Source: Octopus vulgaris
Lineage: Eukaryota
Assembly (NCBI GenBank): GCA_951406725.2
Contig: OX597823.1
Location: 48,794,001 to 48,858,000 of the forward strand
DNA: 64,000 nt
Direction of reading: 5' to 3'
How positions within the stretch are numbered: the stretch's first letter is position 1; the number at the start of each line of letters is the position of its first letter. The position numbers and the translations under genes were made by a program. Under the pieces are notes generated by a model, which searched no databases, was not told the DNA's origin, and saw only the letters and a list, made by a program, of their open reading frames with translations. Positions 1 to 12,925 of the stretch are shown here, piece after piece.

Positions 1-615
1 GACATCAAATATACATGTGTATATGTGTGTGTACACACACACGCACACACACACACACGCACACACACACACACACATATATATATAATTATATTGCTTT
101 AGCTGTCAAAAGGGAAAAGAAAGGCACGGTCAAGATAGAATTGGATGAGTATTCTGACCAACAGTATATAAGATCATTGGATGGTCTGGTTGATACTGTG
201 ATGTATACACACACGCACTCACACACACACACACACATACAAATATATGTGTAGATTGTATGCTGTAATGAAGGGAGTAAAAAAAATTTTTTAATATTAG
301 ATGCCTTTGTGTATGGTTCTGTTAAAAAGTTTTACCACCTCCTTGATTCACTCAAAAATACCCTAATCTCTTAAACTTTCTCATAGAAATTGATTCATCG
401 TAAAAGTTGGTTATAAAACCAATCTGTCACATACTCCACTGTCCACCTCCATACCCTCCCCCTTCCCTCCACTCTCTCTCTCTGCTTTTGTTTCTCTCTT
501 TTTATCATAAACAAAAGATAAAGAACAGCTCATGTTATCTGCATTCTATTGTTCATTTTCTCTAAGGTATGACAAGAGGACAATTCAGAGATATAATATT
601 TATCTTTTAAATTAT

Positions 616-658
<43 letters not shown>

Positions 659-1257
659 CCTTTCCAAGTGGCTATTGTAAATCCTGCTACTATCAAGGTT
701 ATTATGTCACATTTTTGTTGATGCACCTGCTTGTCACTGGTAGTGGTGATGAATTTTATATCTGGTCCTTAAACATTGCTGATGGTCTTCTTGTGCTACT
801 CATTGTTCACATACACTCAATCTGCAATCAATTATATCTTTCCTTTCCTTATTTTTATCAAGTTCATTTCAAAATTCATTTCTGCTAAATTTATCTTTTG
901 TCTGCTTTCAATAAACAAAAGTATCTCTGTGTACTTGAAACCTACAAACAAACATGATAGATAAAAGGTTTCAAAATTGCAATTTAATAATTATTTATTC
1001 ACAGAAGAATGATAATCCAGCATTAAATATCAGTTCTCTATTCATTCATTTGCATTATGATATCAAATCCCACCGGTGTTAATTTATATTCTATCCTTCT
1101 GAGGGCAACTAAATAGATACCAGGCTATATAAAGAATAAAGAATGTATGTATGTATCCATCTGTCCATCCATCCGTCCGTCCGTCCGTCCGTCCATCCAT
1201 CCATCCATCCATCTCTCTCTCTCTCTCTCTCCATATATATATATATATATATATATA

Positions 1258-1462
1258 TCATCATCATCATTTAGCGTCCGCTTTCCATGCTAGCATGGGT
1301 TGGACGGTTCAACAGGGGTCTGTGAAGCCAGAAGGCTGCATCAGGCCCAGTCTAATCTAGCAGTGTTTCTACGGCTGGATGCCCTTCCTAACGTCAACCA
1401 CTCCGTAAGTGTAGTGGGTGCTTTTTACGTGCCACCTGCACAGGAGCCAGACGGAGCTGGCA
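1258..1462 (-). mobile_element. RTE-type LINE 3' UTR fragment ending in (TGA)n tail
   Basis: (CAT)n followed by ttagcgtccgctttccatgctagcatgggttgg...ctggatgcccttcctaac. The same sequence recurs at ~13240, 22530, 37725, 52370, 55790, 56420 and 57330. The copy at 22.5-22.9 kb runs into sequence like the RTE ORF end at 43.7 kb. Confidence 0.7.
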
Positions 1463-1807
1463 AAGAAAATTATTTCAATGCCAATATGCTGATTACAGAC
1501 TATTCAATCATCAATTTCCACATATTATTTACTCACTACAGAAAAAACATGAAGAACTGAAATCGGGGAAGCTGGCCGATAGAATCTTTTTAAAAAGTTC
1601 GTTATTTCTATATTGAATCAATTTCGGAATTAATCTCATAAAAGATTCTTTCCTATTCAGTAGAACATATGAAAGGATATAAATAAGATACTTACATACA
1701 CCATATAAATATATATATACACTGTATAAGAGGAAAAATCAGAACAAAGGCAGAATGAGTATCTCAAGTCACTTAGTATAATTCAATTAGGGTAAGTTGA
1801 ATTTGAA

Positions 1808-1883
1808 GTCTTACAGCCATTTCTGGGATGACCCAAGTGATTGGCTAGCATGTCCATGCACTGGGTATTCCATCATCAGAGAC
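1808..1883 (-). ncRNA. Type I minimal hammerhead ribozyme in a PLE terminal-repeat fragment (~1715-2140)
   Basis: Minus strand reads gtct-CTGATGA-tggaatacccagtg...cacttgggtcatccca-GAAA-tggctg-TA-agac. Stem I is gtct/agac, stem II is long, and stem III is short and mutated (cagctg in the sister copy at 27.27 kb). Confidence 0.75.
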
Positions 1884-2182
1884 AAAGTATGAATATTTTA
1901 GACAGGGAAAATTTACAGTTTACAAGGAGTAAAATTCACAATTTATTGGGAATAAAATAGAAGAATAATGAGTAAAAGTAGTTTTTTTCCAGAGGATATG
2001 GATATTGGTTGATACTTCCATGAGGCAACAGGTTTTTAGTTAAAATCCCAGGTAAATCATTATTGTAGCAATAATAAGATTATTTGAAGAAAAATCTAAT
2101 CAAGTGAAGTATTTAGTGATGATGTAGCCAAAAATCATGGTAGTGTATCCCTCCTCCCTCACTAAAAAAACAACACTGCTTA

Positions 2183-2616
2183 GCACCTTGGGCAAGTGTC
2201 TTCAACTGTAGACTTGGATTGACTAAAGCCTTGAGAGTGGATTTGCTAGATGGAAACTGAAAGAAGACTGTTGTATATATTCTTTTTATTTTTTTTACTT
2301 GTTTCAGTCATTTGACTGTGGCTATGCTGGAGCACCACCTTTAGTCGAACAAATCGACTCCAGGTCTTATTCTATTGGTCTCTTTTGCCAAACAGCTAAG
2401 CTACAGGGATGTAAAAACACCAACATCGGTGTTAAGCAATGTGGTGGGAGGGCAAACATACATACATATATACATACATACATAAATATGTACGTACGAT
2501 GGGTGTCTTTCAGTTTCTGTCTACCAAATCCACTCACAAGTTTTGGTTGGCCTGAGACTATAGTAGAAGACACTTGCCCAAGGTGCCACACAGTGGGACT
2601 GAACCCAGAACAGCCA

Positions 2617-2662
<46 letters not shown>

Positions 2663-2831
2663 TAGGGAGAATTCGCAAAATAAATGACGAAGAAAGTTGG
2701 TGTAGAGAACAAACAGATGTATTAGTATAACACTCGGGAAGTGAAAATGTCTTTAACTATTCGAGCCTGCACTCTTCCACTGAAAGGAACACAGAAAGAA
2801 ACAAGGAGTGAAAATAAAGAATGTGTAGTGG

Positions 2832-2869
<38 letters not shown>

Positions 2870-3100
2870 GTGTGTGTCTTTGTGTCTTTGTTTGTCCTTC
2901 ACCATCACATGACAACTGATGTTGGTGTGTTTATGTCCCCATAATCTAGCAGTTTGGCCAAAGAGACTGACAGAATAAGTACTAGGCTTACAAAGAATAA
3001 GTCCTGGGGTAGATTTCTTCGACTAAAAAAAATGGTCTTTAAGGTGGTGCTCCAACATGGTCACAGTAAAATGACTGAAACAAGTAAAAAAATAAGAGAA
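2183..3100 (+). mobile_element. Nested SINEs: plus-strand CORE-type tRNA SINE (family A) interrupted by a minus-strand copy (~2290-2620) and a PLE-end fragment (~2660-2835)
   Basis: gcaccttgggcaagtgtc CORE-like block, tail gactgaaacaagtaaaa, and a reverse copy in between. Confidence 0.7.
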
Positions 3101-3524
3101 TAAACCCATGTTGTTTTTGTTGTTGTTTAGCTCGACATTAACTCTGACTGAGCAAACACACAATGAATGGTATTCCTTCCATGACAGTTGATATTTAGTT
3201 GCCACAGATAACCTATCTAGTTCCATATCATCTGATGTTTTGTCTCTTTTTAAAATAGTAGGGATTTGAAAGGGTACAAGCTGACCAAATTGTTGGCATG
3301 GTAGACAAAATGCTTAGTGGCATTTCTTCTGGTTTTACATTTTGAATTCTAATTTCATCCTTTCAGGTTGATAAAATAAGTACCATTGTGCAGTGGGGTG
3401 ATTGTAATCGACTTACCCCACCAAAGAAAAAAAAAATAAGGAAAAATTTAAGCATTGTTCTTATAGAAAAATAAAGAGTTTGGTGAGATTTAGAAGAGAT
3501 TTGCCAGGTCAAACAATTATATAA

Positions 3525-4092
3525 CGAAGAAGTTTTCAAACTGTGTTATTACAATTTTAGTATACCACTGTTGATCTCTAGGTGTGTCATGAAATTAAGT
3601 CAAATCTTAAGAATTTTTATGAATTCTTATATAGCTTTCTTCTATATACATTTGTCAAGTTGGATTTTTCAACAATGACATATTGTTTGGGCTGAATATG
3701 AAGATGTTCTTAATGTCTTCTTTTTTCAGGAACAACTTGATGTACTATATTGTATTGGTGAACAATCAATAGCTTTGGGGAGCGTAACGATTAAAGTTGT
3801 AGTTGAGAAAAAGTCACCTGCCATTATGGAATGAAGACCATCTGAATATTGGGAAAGAGTTACCTGGAAGTTTTAAAATGTTAAACAACGGAATGAAGAT
3901 GTTTTTATCAAACATTTTAACCAAGAACTGTGTTCTTTACATCATGTTCATGTATCTTACAGAATTATTTATTTTTTGTATATACTTTACAATATATGTT
4001 TGGCTTTTTTAATTTGGTTGATTGATGTGTTGTGAAAATTCTGTTTTTTTAAAAAGAGTGCCATCAGTGCTATTAGTTTGAAAATCTCTAAC
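3525..4092. mobile_element. Possible decayed hAT (Charlie-like) DNA transposon
   Basis: Imperfect terminal inverted repeats agaagttttcaaact / agtttgaaaatctct. The interior is degenerate. Confidence 0.3.
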
Positions 4093-5810
4093 AGAGAGGA
4101 TGGTTGGTTCAAATCCAACAAGTTTTAAAGTGGGACTATAATGAAGACACATTCTCTACCTCACTTGAACTCTTATCTAAATGGTTAATATTAAAGTGAG
4201 AACTCTATTGTAAACTCTCTCATCTAATTATTTATGATACCATAAAAACAATGATAATTGATATGTAGAGAAGTTAGGAAATATTCAAGCTGGATATTAA
4301 AAAAGAATGACTTTTGAGTTATCAGTTTTAACTTCTACTAAAAATGTGGGTTTCTAAAAATGAGGAGAGCTTCTGCATTGTCAACAACCTACCAGAGATA
4401 GCAGACAGACCTCACTCAAATTAAATTCTTCTATCTTTAAAAACAGAATTTAAACCAGCTACACTAGGAATCAAAATCGTGTTAGTGTTATGATTTAGAG
4501 AATAATATAATACTTGGCATAAAAAAGAACCTCTCCAATAAATATATCGGTTGTACATGTTTTATTGAATATAGTAACAGTACACTTATTAGGTTGTTGT
4601 CTCTGTAACAATATAGCTCATACAAACAGGAAGCAAAACCAGACATATGAAATACCCAATAAAGTTGACATCATTTACTTCAAAATTTTGATTGATCAGT
4701 CAAGGGACCTACAAGCTTACCTGTTCAATTAATGCAATGCTAGGGAAAGACTTCTCTGATTAGCTATTTTATAACATGTGACCAAATTTGGGATTTATGC
4801 AATCTTTCAGTTCTTCTTTGAACTCAGTTGCCATTTGTCTTATCCTCCTATTTTCCCAGAAAACTCTCCATTTTGTCTGATACTTTGATTCTTTCTTATT
4901 ACATGTCTCTTGCTAGAACTTTCTTTCAATTTTCTCACAGATCATTCTTTCTTTAACTTTCTTTTGTAAATCAAATCACCCAAGATAATTTCATACAAAA
5001 CTTGATATTACTCGAGCAAGATTTTATGTGATTGATAAATGTGAATGTGGCATGTCTTTAATGAGAATAATGATGATATACCAACAGAATTCTAGATCTG
5101 GAATGAATAGATCAAAAGAAAGATTTTAAATTGCGAAAATTGGATTTCTGCTGTAGTTAAATAAACTACAATACAAATATTAGTTTGCAACAAGGGAGTT
5201 CTTTCATCTAAAGATGAGTGAATAACTGAATATATTTATCATTGGAAATCACGAGGTTTTTGCCCTCAAAGAGAAACTATGATCATCACAATCATCATCT
5301 TCATGTAAAAGTTAATATTTGCTTTCTTAAGCTGCTCTGAATTTGATTTCTCTTCATAACTGGCTCTCAAACTGACCATCCTCTTTTCCATTTCTTCTGT
5401 TAACATTAGCTTCCATTCTCTTGGGCTGATCTCAACTATTTCTTTCTAGCTGTTCTCTGTTGGACTTATATTCATTAACAAGTATTACCTTCCCGAAAGA
5501 TATATGCTGACTCGAGGCATGAGATATATCCACCTACTGGATTAACCCTCCTCTGCTCAACCTCCTAGAAACAGCAGCCAAATTTCCCTCAAATATTATC
5601 TTGCCATCTTGAGAAATGGAAGTGTACAGTGGATAATGTATTTCTATATACTTTTTATTAAAAGTATTATCTTGGCTGGATTGCCTTTGATTATAGGCAT
5701 GCATCATCAGAGCTGACCTGGAGCTAAACAACAACAGCAACACCTCCAGTAGCAGCAGCATCAATAAGATCTCAGTAAAAACCAGGAAGAGTTGAATAAA
5801 TTATTAACGA

Positions 5811-5981
5811 GGTGTAGGAGTAGCTATGAGGTAAGTAGCTTGCTTACCAACCACATGGTTCCGGATTCAGTCCCACTGCGTGGCACCTTGGGCAAGTGTT
5901 TTCTACTATAGCCTTGGGCCAACCAAAGTCTTGTCAGTGGATTTGGTAGACGGAAACTGAAAGAAGCCTGTCGTATATATA

Positions 5982-6028
<47 letters not shown>

Positions 6029-6180
6029 ATATGTTTGTGTGACTGTGTTTGTCCCCCCAACATCGCTTGACAACCGTTGCTGGTGTGTTTATGTCCCTGT
6101 AACTTAGTGGTCATGACTAAAGGCGGTGCTCCAGCATGGCCGCAGCCAAATGACTGAAACAAATAAAAGAGTAAAAGAGT
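5811..6180 (+). mobile_element. tRNA-derived CORE-type SINE (family A)
   Basis: A/B-box-like head (ggttccggattcagtccc), CORE block, internal (TA)n(TG)n and gagtaaaa tail repeats. Confidence 0.85.
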
Positions 6181-6512
6181 ATGCTGATGAAGTCTAATAG
6201 ATTGAAGCATGTCCATAATTGTCCCTTGTCAGCATTGATAAATTTAATTTTTTTCCCCTTGCATAAAAGTTAACTTTGACAAATTAATTCTTAATTACTT
6301 GAAAGTATCTCCTTTGTTCTTTGAGATTTACTAACAATTACTGCTAGGTATTTGTTATTTTCCTTTCTGCAACTAAAAAGGAAATTTCAGTGAATTGAAA
6401 ATGTTCTCACATATGGCATTTAGTACACCAGTCAGTAACATATTTATTCAAATCCTCTTTTAACACTCATTTCACTTTGCCCAAGAATTGACTATATCTG
6501 AAACTTCCTTAG

Positions 6513-6730
6513 CTCTTTAGCATTCAGATTATTCTGTCAAATGCAATGGCTATATATTCACACTATTTTGAATTACTTATGTATTATCTTGTAAATTTCA
6601 AATTTCATCGATGTGATCATTTATGTTTGGAAAGACAATGTTGGGTAGGTGCAAGAGGTCAAATCTGGTCAGTTTGAACTAAAAGCAAGAAGTATATTTA
6701 GGGTGGATATAGCTGGATAATGCTAAAGGG
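6513..6730. mobile_element. piggyBac-type MITE (decayed)
   Basis: Ends ctctttagcatt / aatgctaaaggg. Same family as 25670, 31681 and 48548. Confidence 0.7.
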
Positions 6731-6870
6731 TCAATAATATTAATCACCCTACCAAACAGTAACACAATATTTGAATTTAAACAGTTGCTGTACAATCCTC
6801 ATATGACTCCTTCCAGTTTAGAAAAGAACAGAGATGATCATAGATTGAGCTATTTTACCCCCATGGCTCC

Positions 6871-7039
6871 TCTGATTGCGAAATCCTGTTCACACTGACC
6901 ACTCAATCTAATCTAATAATTTTTCATTTCAAGTTGATCAATTCAACAGAATATCTGATTGCGAAATCCTGTTCACACTGACCACTCAATCTAATCTAAT
7001 AATTTTTCATTTCAAGTTGATCAATTCAACAGAATATCT
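6871..7039. repeat. Perfect 83-bp tandem duplication
   Basis: tctgattgcgaaatcc...caacagaata repeated at 6871 and 6954. Confidence 0.95.
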
Positions 7040-7252
7040 TTTCTAATCTAGGCACAAGGCCTGTAATTTTAGGTGGAGGGGGCCAGTCGATTTGATCGTC
7101 CTCAGTACTCAACTGGTACTTAATTTATCGATCCCGAAAGGAGGAAAGGCAAAGTCGACCTTGGTGGAATTTGAACTCAGAATGCAAAGACAGACAAAAT
7201 ACCACTAAGCATTTTGCCCAGTGTGCTAACACTTCTATCAGCTCACCGCTTC
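7038..7252 (-). mobile_element. tRNA-derived SINE family B (Deu/Nin-like core) with 14-bp TSD
   Basis: Core ctggtacttaatttatcgatcccgaaagg. attcaacagaatat is duplicated on both sides (7024-7037, 7253-7266). Confidence 0.85.
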
Positions 7253-8766
7253 ATTCAACAGAATATTTGTCAGTAAAAGGACTACTGGTACTGTACTCTG
7301 CACAAGACAAGGGTATTTAATTCTCAGTTCAAAAGTACCTAAAAAGGTAACAGGCAGAGAACAAATGTTTTATAATACTTCATTGCTGTCTGCCAGCACA
7401 TCTCAGTCTTAACCCTTAGGAGATGACAGAGCCAATCTATCGGCCAAAAAGTTGAATAATGAAAAAGATTGTATTAGTTCATTCAGTTTCCTATGAGAAT
7501 ATATATAATTTTATGCATGTAAAGTAATTACTTTATTTTTTATAATTTAAAAAAACAATAAGTACATGCCCTCTGTAGGGGGTGTGAAAAGGGTTCTGTC
7601 TTCTTGGCATTGAAACTCCAAATGAAGCACTGTTTCTAAAAGGTTAATAAAAGTGCTCCCACTGTAGCTCTGTTTTAACTAAATTTATTATCTTCCTCCT
7701 ACCAAGATGGTCTCGTATGAGCTATTATTAAAAACAACAAATGATGATAAACTAAGAAGTCATTTTCAATAATCTATCAGCTCTTTCTCTCATAGTATCA
7801 ACCACTCCCTCTTTCCTTCCATCATACAGTATTTACTCTCATCCCTGATTTGATAATAAAATTTGTTTATTTTATAAGGTATTTTAAACAATATATTCTC
7901 TTTCTACCTAACCTAAAACTTTATTTAATTGCATTCACAGAATATAATCTTTCTTTTATTTTTTTTCCGTTTTGGACTTCATCAAGTGCTTGATGATTAT
8001 GTCACAGTTTCTTTATTTTCTTGAGAAATTTTATAAACTTTATTGTTTTACTTTAATGTAGAAAGATACTTGATTCAAACTTTCGCACTGCTTGTGAAGG
8101 TTGAAGTATTGTTCTTTTTGTACTTAAATGCAAAGCTATTCGAAAAATTCTTTGAGATAAAAATCTTCATTTTTCTACTTAATGTAGTCTATCTCATCTT
8201 CATACTTTACATATATTTCTGTTTTTGGTTTTTTTAAACATTCATGCTACATATTTATTTACTTCTCTAATTGTTATTTCTAAGACAGTGATAGTTCTTT
8301 TTAAATCCTTTCTAAGAATTTCAGATTTAATTGAAACCTTTTTTTCATACATTGTCCAATTTTTTCATACTTTTTTCCATACATTTCTCATACTTTTTAT
8401 TCAATTATTTTCAGTTGTAGATTTTATTTATCCACTTTCTTCCCTTTTAAATGTTAATTTTCTCTTATTTGTTAAACTCTACCCGTTTATATCAATGACT
8501 TTTATAATGTTTGCTCAATTTATTTTCAGTTTCCTTTTCTTCTGGCTGTTTATTTTGTTATTAGGTATGGTTTATTTGTTATAAAACTGTATAATTATTA
8601 TAATTATGTTAATTTTCATCTTACACAAGTTTTATAAATTGTTAGTATATATGTGTGTGTGTGTGTGATGTGTGTGTATATGTGTCTGTGTGTTTGAGTG
8701 TGTGTGTGGGGGGTTAATATTGATCAGTGAGAATGAGTGTTCAACACCACATTGTAGATAAATTTT

Positions 8767-8939
8767 CTTTATTCGTAGGTTAATCAGACTTCCATTGAAT
8801 TCATGTTGAGAGAGATGTCTCTCAACAATTATTCAAATACTGCCACATGAGACATTAGTGTTCATCTCCATCTTGATCCAAGATGGAGATATCTCTTTCA
8901 ATATGAAACCAATGGTAATATGATTAACCAATGAATGAG
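8767..8939. mobile_element. Old fold-back palindrome containing the 3' half of a hammerhead
   Basis: Arms 8767-8821 and 8886-8939 are imperfect inverted repeats. The right arm has hairpin atctccatcttg/caagatggagat, then GAAA-ccaatgg-TA (8905-8917). Confidence 0.6.
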
Positions 8940-9414
8940 GTATGTGTGTGTGTTATGCAATAGAAGCAGTGTTAAATTTAAATAGCATCTATCTACCATA
9001 CTTTATGTACAGGGTGTTTTGGCTAAATTTGGTAGTTTACATAAAAGGAAAAGAAAAGACAATATTCCCTCCAAAAATAAAAGTATTCTTAAAAATCAAA
9101 AAATATCAACTAGATTATGGCTAGTTGGAAAGTGATTTTACAGATGAGGAGAAATACAATGGCTTTCACTGGACAATTTTGTTAACCAAGTTTGATACCC
9201 ACAAAGTGCTTATAAAATAATAGGTTGCTCAAAGTAGCAGCCTTCAGCTTTCACCATAACTTCAAGATGGCTCTAGAACCTGGTGCATGTGTTCCCCACT
9301 GTGTCCCAGTGAAGATCTTTGAACACCTCCTTGTTCTTGGCCACCAGCAGGGTGGTTGATGTCTTTCTTAACCATGCACCCCACACAGTAACCCATAGCA
9401 TTATATATATATAT

Positions 9415-9942
9415 AAATGGGGAAGTCTAGTTTATGGGACTACCTTAAGTTTCCTGTCCATAAATGGTTTAGCTTTATGGTGAATCACCAGAACCCAAAA
9501 ATCTGTTAGCCTATGACCTCTTAAAAATATGGTGGATAAATGCCTCACTACTCAAAGGTAACAATTGGGAATTACCTCCCTTTGCTATTGGCTACCAACT
9601 TCTAGCTGTACCACCATCTTGCAGGCTCCAAAAAGCTAGCAGAAACATCCTGAAATGTAAACATGGCCTAAAAATCTCCATTCTGGAGTTAAGTATGTTC
9701 CCTGATTCAAGTGAGTCTTTTAGGATTCTCGTGTGTTCAGCTATGGATAACTTGCAACGCTTTGTCCCGTTGATGTAGAAGCCTGGGTTCTTGAGCATTT
9801 TCCATGAGATTGAGTATGGAATACCGTTGTCTCTTAGTTGCCAAACGTGGCTGGCCAGTGATGTTATGTATCTCCTTTCTGGAACTCTGAAGGAGGAGGA
9901 GTTGTGGTTGGAGAGACATTGCTTGAAAGAGTTCCCGGGACA
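9415..9942 (-). mobile_element. 5'-truncated PLE: GIY-YIG C-terminus + 3' UTR with degenerate hammerhead
   Basis: Minus frame reads FKQCLSNHNSSSFRVPERRYITSLASHVWQLRDNGIPYSISWKMLKNPGFYINGTKRCKLSIAEHTRIL...ILNSRMEIFRPCLHFRMFLL, a PLE endonuclease end with a Naiad-like C-terminal Cys/His pattern. The UTR has ctggtga...GAAA-cttaagg-TA (~9432-9500), homologous to the 32/33-kb palindromes. Flanked by (TA)n. Confidence 0.8.
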
Positions 9943-9971
9943 TCAAATGTATATGTATGTATGTATGTATG

Positions 9972-10021
<50 letters not shown>

Positions 10022-10204
10022 AATAAGCACATAAATGCAGAACAAGGTGGAAAAATATTGTACTTGAATACCAATGGTAGGCTAATATGCAAAATTTTTA
10101 CAGAACTGTTACTCAGAGTTTCATGTTCCCCATTCATCGGACAGATGTGATGACTACTGAATTAAAATTGTGATTGTATATGCAGTATAATTTTATGTGA
10201 CATA

Positions 10205-10364
10205 CACTAGAATAACTGTGGGCTGAGTCTGTCCTCTCCAGGCAACACTTTTATAGGGGCACTACTTATGGATCTGCTGTAGGCAATATGTGGTTTTTTT
10301 AGAGTCCGGGGGGCAACAAACTGAAGGGCTGCTCCAGGCGGCACACACTCTAGCCACGCTAGTA
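10205..10364. mobile_element. hAT-type MITE with perfect 8-bp TSD
   Basis: cactag... / ...ctagta ends. gtgacata at 10197-10204 and 10365-10372. Sister copy at 26743-26852. Confidence 0.8.
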
Positions 10365-10439
10365 GTGACATAATGCAAATTAACAAATAAGCATTTAAAA
10401 TTTAAATGCTTGTTCATCCATGCCTTGTGTTCCCTCATT

Positions 10440-11830
10440 CATATATCTTGTCCAAGTTTTGTTCCAGCTATACCATCGTTAATATCATCTTATTAATGTA
10501 GATATGATTCTCAATGTATTTCTGTTTTTGCATTTTATATAATATAACATCTCTGACTTTATTTTTGCATGCATATTAACAAAGTATTGTTGACAAGGTT
10601 CATGGTAGTAATGAGGATGACCCAACAAATTACTTGGAATCATCAATAAATAAACATAATAATCCATACTGGATAAGGTCTTTTTCTTTCTTTGCAAGTG
10701 ATTCTACCAACTTAAATTGCTGAACTGGTATCCATCTTCTCTGTTAATAAAAGACAAAGGATGTTGTAAATAATCATATGAACAATGAGTTTCATTTATG
10801 AACTTGATGTTACTGTCACATGATACTTTGAACCAATATGTCATTTACCACATTCTCTTCCAGCCATAATAATTGCTACTTCATTACACTCAGGAACATT
10901 AAATTGATAGATATGTTCTCCTGCTGGTCTTTTGTTGACATCAGTGAAGTACATTCTAAACCATATGGAAAGCTTCTGAAATAAAAATTCTTTACCTGAA
11001 ATATTTATTGCCAATTCCCCAAAAAAAGTTCCTATATTGTACTGAGACAGTTCTTGCTGCAACATTGTGCTCCTTTTCGAATGTCACTTATAAAATATTT
11101 CTGTAAAAATTGTGAATCTTTATCCTGTAGATGCTGAAAAGGGCCAGTTCTGGGATTAATTTGTCCTTGCACTTTAAAAGTTGGTATAAACCCACTTTCA
11201 TCAATAAATTTTTCCTCCATATGATGTCATTTAAGAAGCACAATTGAACGCTTGAATGTTTTTTTAAGAAAGAGTTTTGATTCTGAAATGGTACTCAAAA
11301 GAAGTTTTCTTGTAAATTCTTGTGGTTGAATTATAGGGAAATGGACCTTTCTGTAAGAACAATACATACCTAATGATTCCTTGCCCAAACTTCTAGCACC
11401 ACACATGCCACATATTTTGCACTTAGAACCCAGATATACAATTTTTTTTCAGATGCATAATCATGATTACGACCATAAGAACCATATCCAGCCATTGCCT
11501 TCATCCATATGTTTTCTGTAGATAATCTTTGAAAAACTTTTTCTTTTTCAGTTTCATTTTTTGGTCTTTTTCACACTCTTATGCTCTATTTATTCTACAT
11601 TTTATTCTACATTTTTGCCATTTGTTTTCTATCTCTTTTTTCTTTTTTCATTTCTATAATTTTCTTTCTCTCTCTGCAATCTTGAGTCTCCATCTTTATT
11701 ACTTTCATGTTTTCTTGTCCTCCTCTTATATTTCCTCACATTTCCAATCATATTCCTCTACCTTTTTCATTTCCTTCATATATTTTCTTATGATTATGCA
11801 CTGTTATTTTTGCCGTCCTTATTCTTTTTC
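10440..11830 (-). pseudogene. Decayed Helitron RepHel N-terminal coding region
   Basis: Frameshifted motifs in the expected order: Cys-rich segment (~11330-11430), PTFKVQGQI...FLQKYF, RPAGEH..FNVPECNEVA, FINETHCSYDYLQHPL, SMDYYVYLLMI...QQYFVNMHAKIKSE. An E/K/R-rich N-terminal region lies at 11520-11830. Confidence 0.85.
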
Positions 11831-12268
11831 TTTCTTTTTTTCACTTTCTTGTAATGTTTTTTTTTTCCTCTACATTTCTCTTATGCTCATCATTGTGAAT
11901 GGGAAAGAGAGAGAGCATCATAGTGGCTCTTGTCAATTTGACCACTGTATAATACAAACGTCTTTCTTTATATAAATGTTTGACTTCATATGGTGAACAA
12001 AGGATGAATAATCTAATCAACATTTTGGGATGAACCTGAATTTCTATATTGTACGTTTCATTAATAACAGCCAATCCTATATTGATTTCAAATTTTGGTT
12101 TCAAGGCCAGCAATTTTAGGCGAAGGGATGAGTCAATTACATTGAATCCAGTGTTCAGTTGGTACTTATTTTATTGACCCCAAAAGGATGAAAGGCAAAG
12201 TCGACCCTGATAGCATTTGAACTCAGAATGTAAAGACAGATGAAATACTGTTAAGCATTTTCCTGTCC

Positions 12269-12447
12269 GGTAAGTTCACTGTCATCAATTCGTCATTTTG
12301 TTTTTCAATAGAATAGTTGTTAACTTGTAAATGGTGAGCTACTATGGATATATTTTCTTGGTAAACTTTCCTCATGGTGAACTTTCTTCACAGTGAATTG
12401 ATGGTGGTGAACTCTCCTGTGAGGAATTGATGGTGGCAAACTCACCT
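12269..12447. mobile_element. Small TIR element with ~15-bp internal periodicity
   Basis: ggtaagttcactgtcatcaattc ... gaattgatggtggcaaactcacc. A related end is at 28310-28396. Confidence 0.5.
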
Positions 12448-12722
12448 CTTTTTACTCTTTTAATTGTTTCAGTCATTTGACTGTGGCCATGCTGGAGCAC
12501 CGCCTTTAGTCGAGCAAATTGACCCCAGGACTTATTCTTTGTAAGCCTAGTACTTATTCTATCAGTCTCTTTTGCCGAACTGCTAAGTTATGGGTACGTA
12601 AACACACCAGCATTGGTTGTCAAGCAATGTTGGTGGGACAAACACAGACACACACATACACACACACACACATACACACACACACACACATATATATCAT
12701 CATCATCATCATCATCATCATC

Positions 12723-12759
<37 letters not shown>

Positions 12760-12925
12760 TACGATGGGCTTCTTCTAGTTCCCATCTACCAAATCCACTC
12801 ACAAGGCTTTGGTCGGCCTGAGGCTATAGTAGAAGACACTTGCTGAAGGTGTCACACAGTGGGACTGAACCCAGAACCATGTGGTTTGTAGGCAAGCTAC
12901 TCACCACACAGCCATTCCTACACCT
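12448..12925 (-). mobile_element. SINE family A, full length
   Basis: Reverse complement of the family A sequence, with an internal microsatellite. Confidence 0.85.

Noticed and set aside
4680-5480. Possible decayed transposase on the minus strand
   Set aside because: Only vague hAT-like resemblance, with many stops and no firm motif.
9005-9175. Tc1/mariner trace (tacagggtg end; WKVIFTDEEKYN)
   Set aside because: The pieces are too short to support a call.
11529-11975. 148-aa Phe/Ser-rich plus-strand ORF
   Set aside because: It is the antisense shadow of the E/K/R-rich Helitron N-terminal region.
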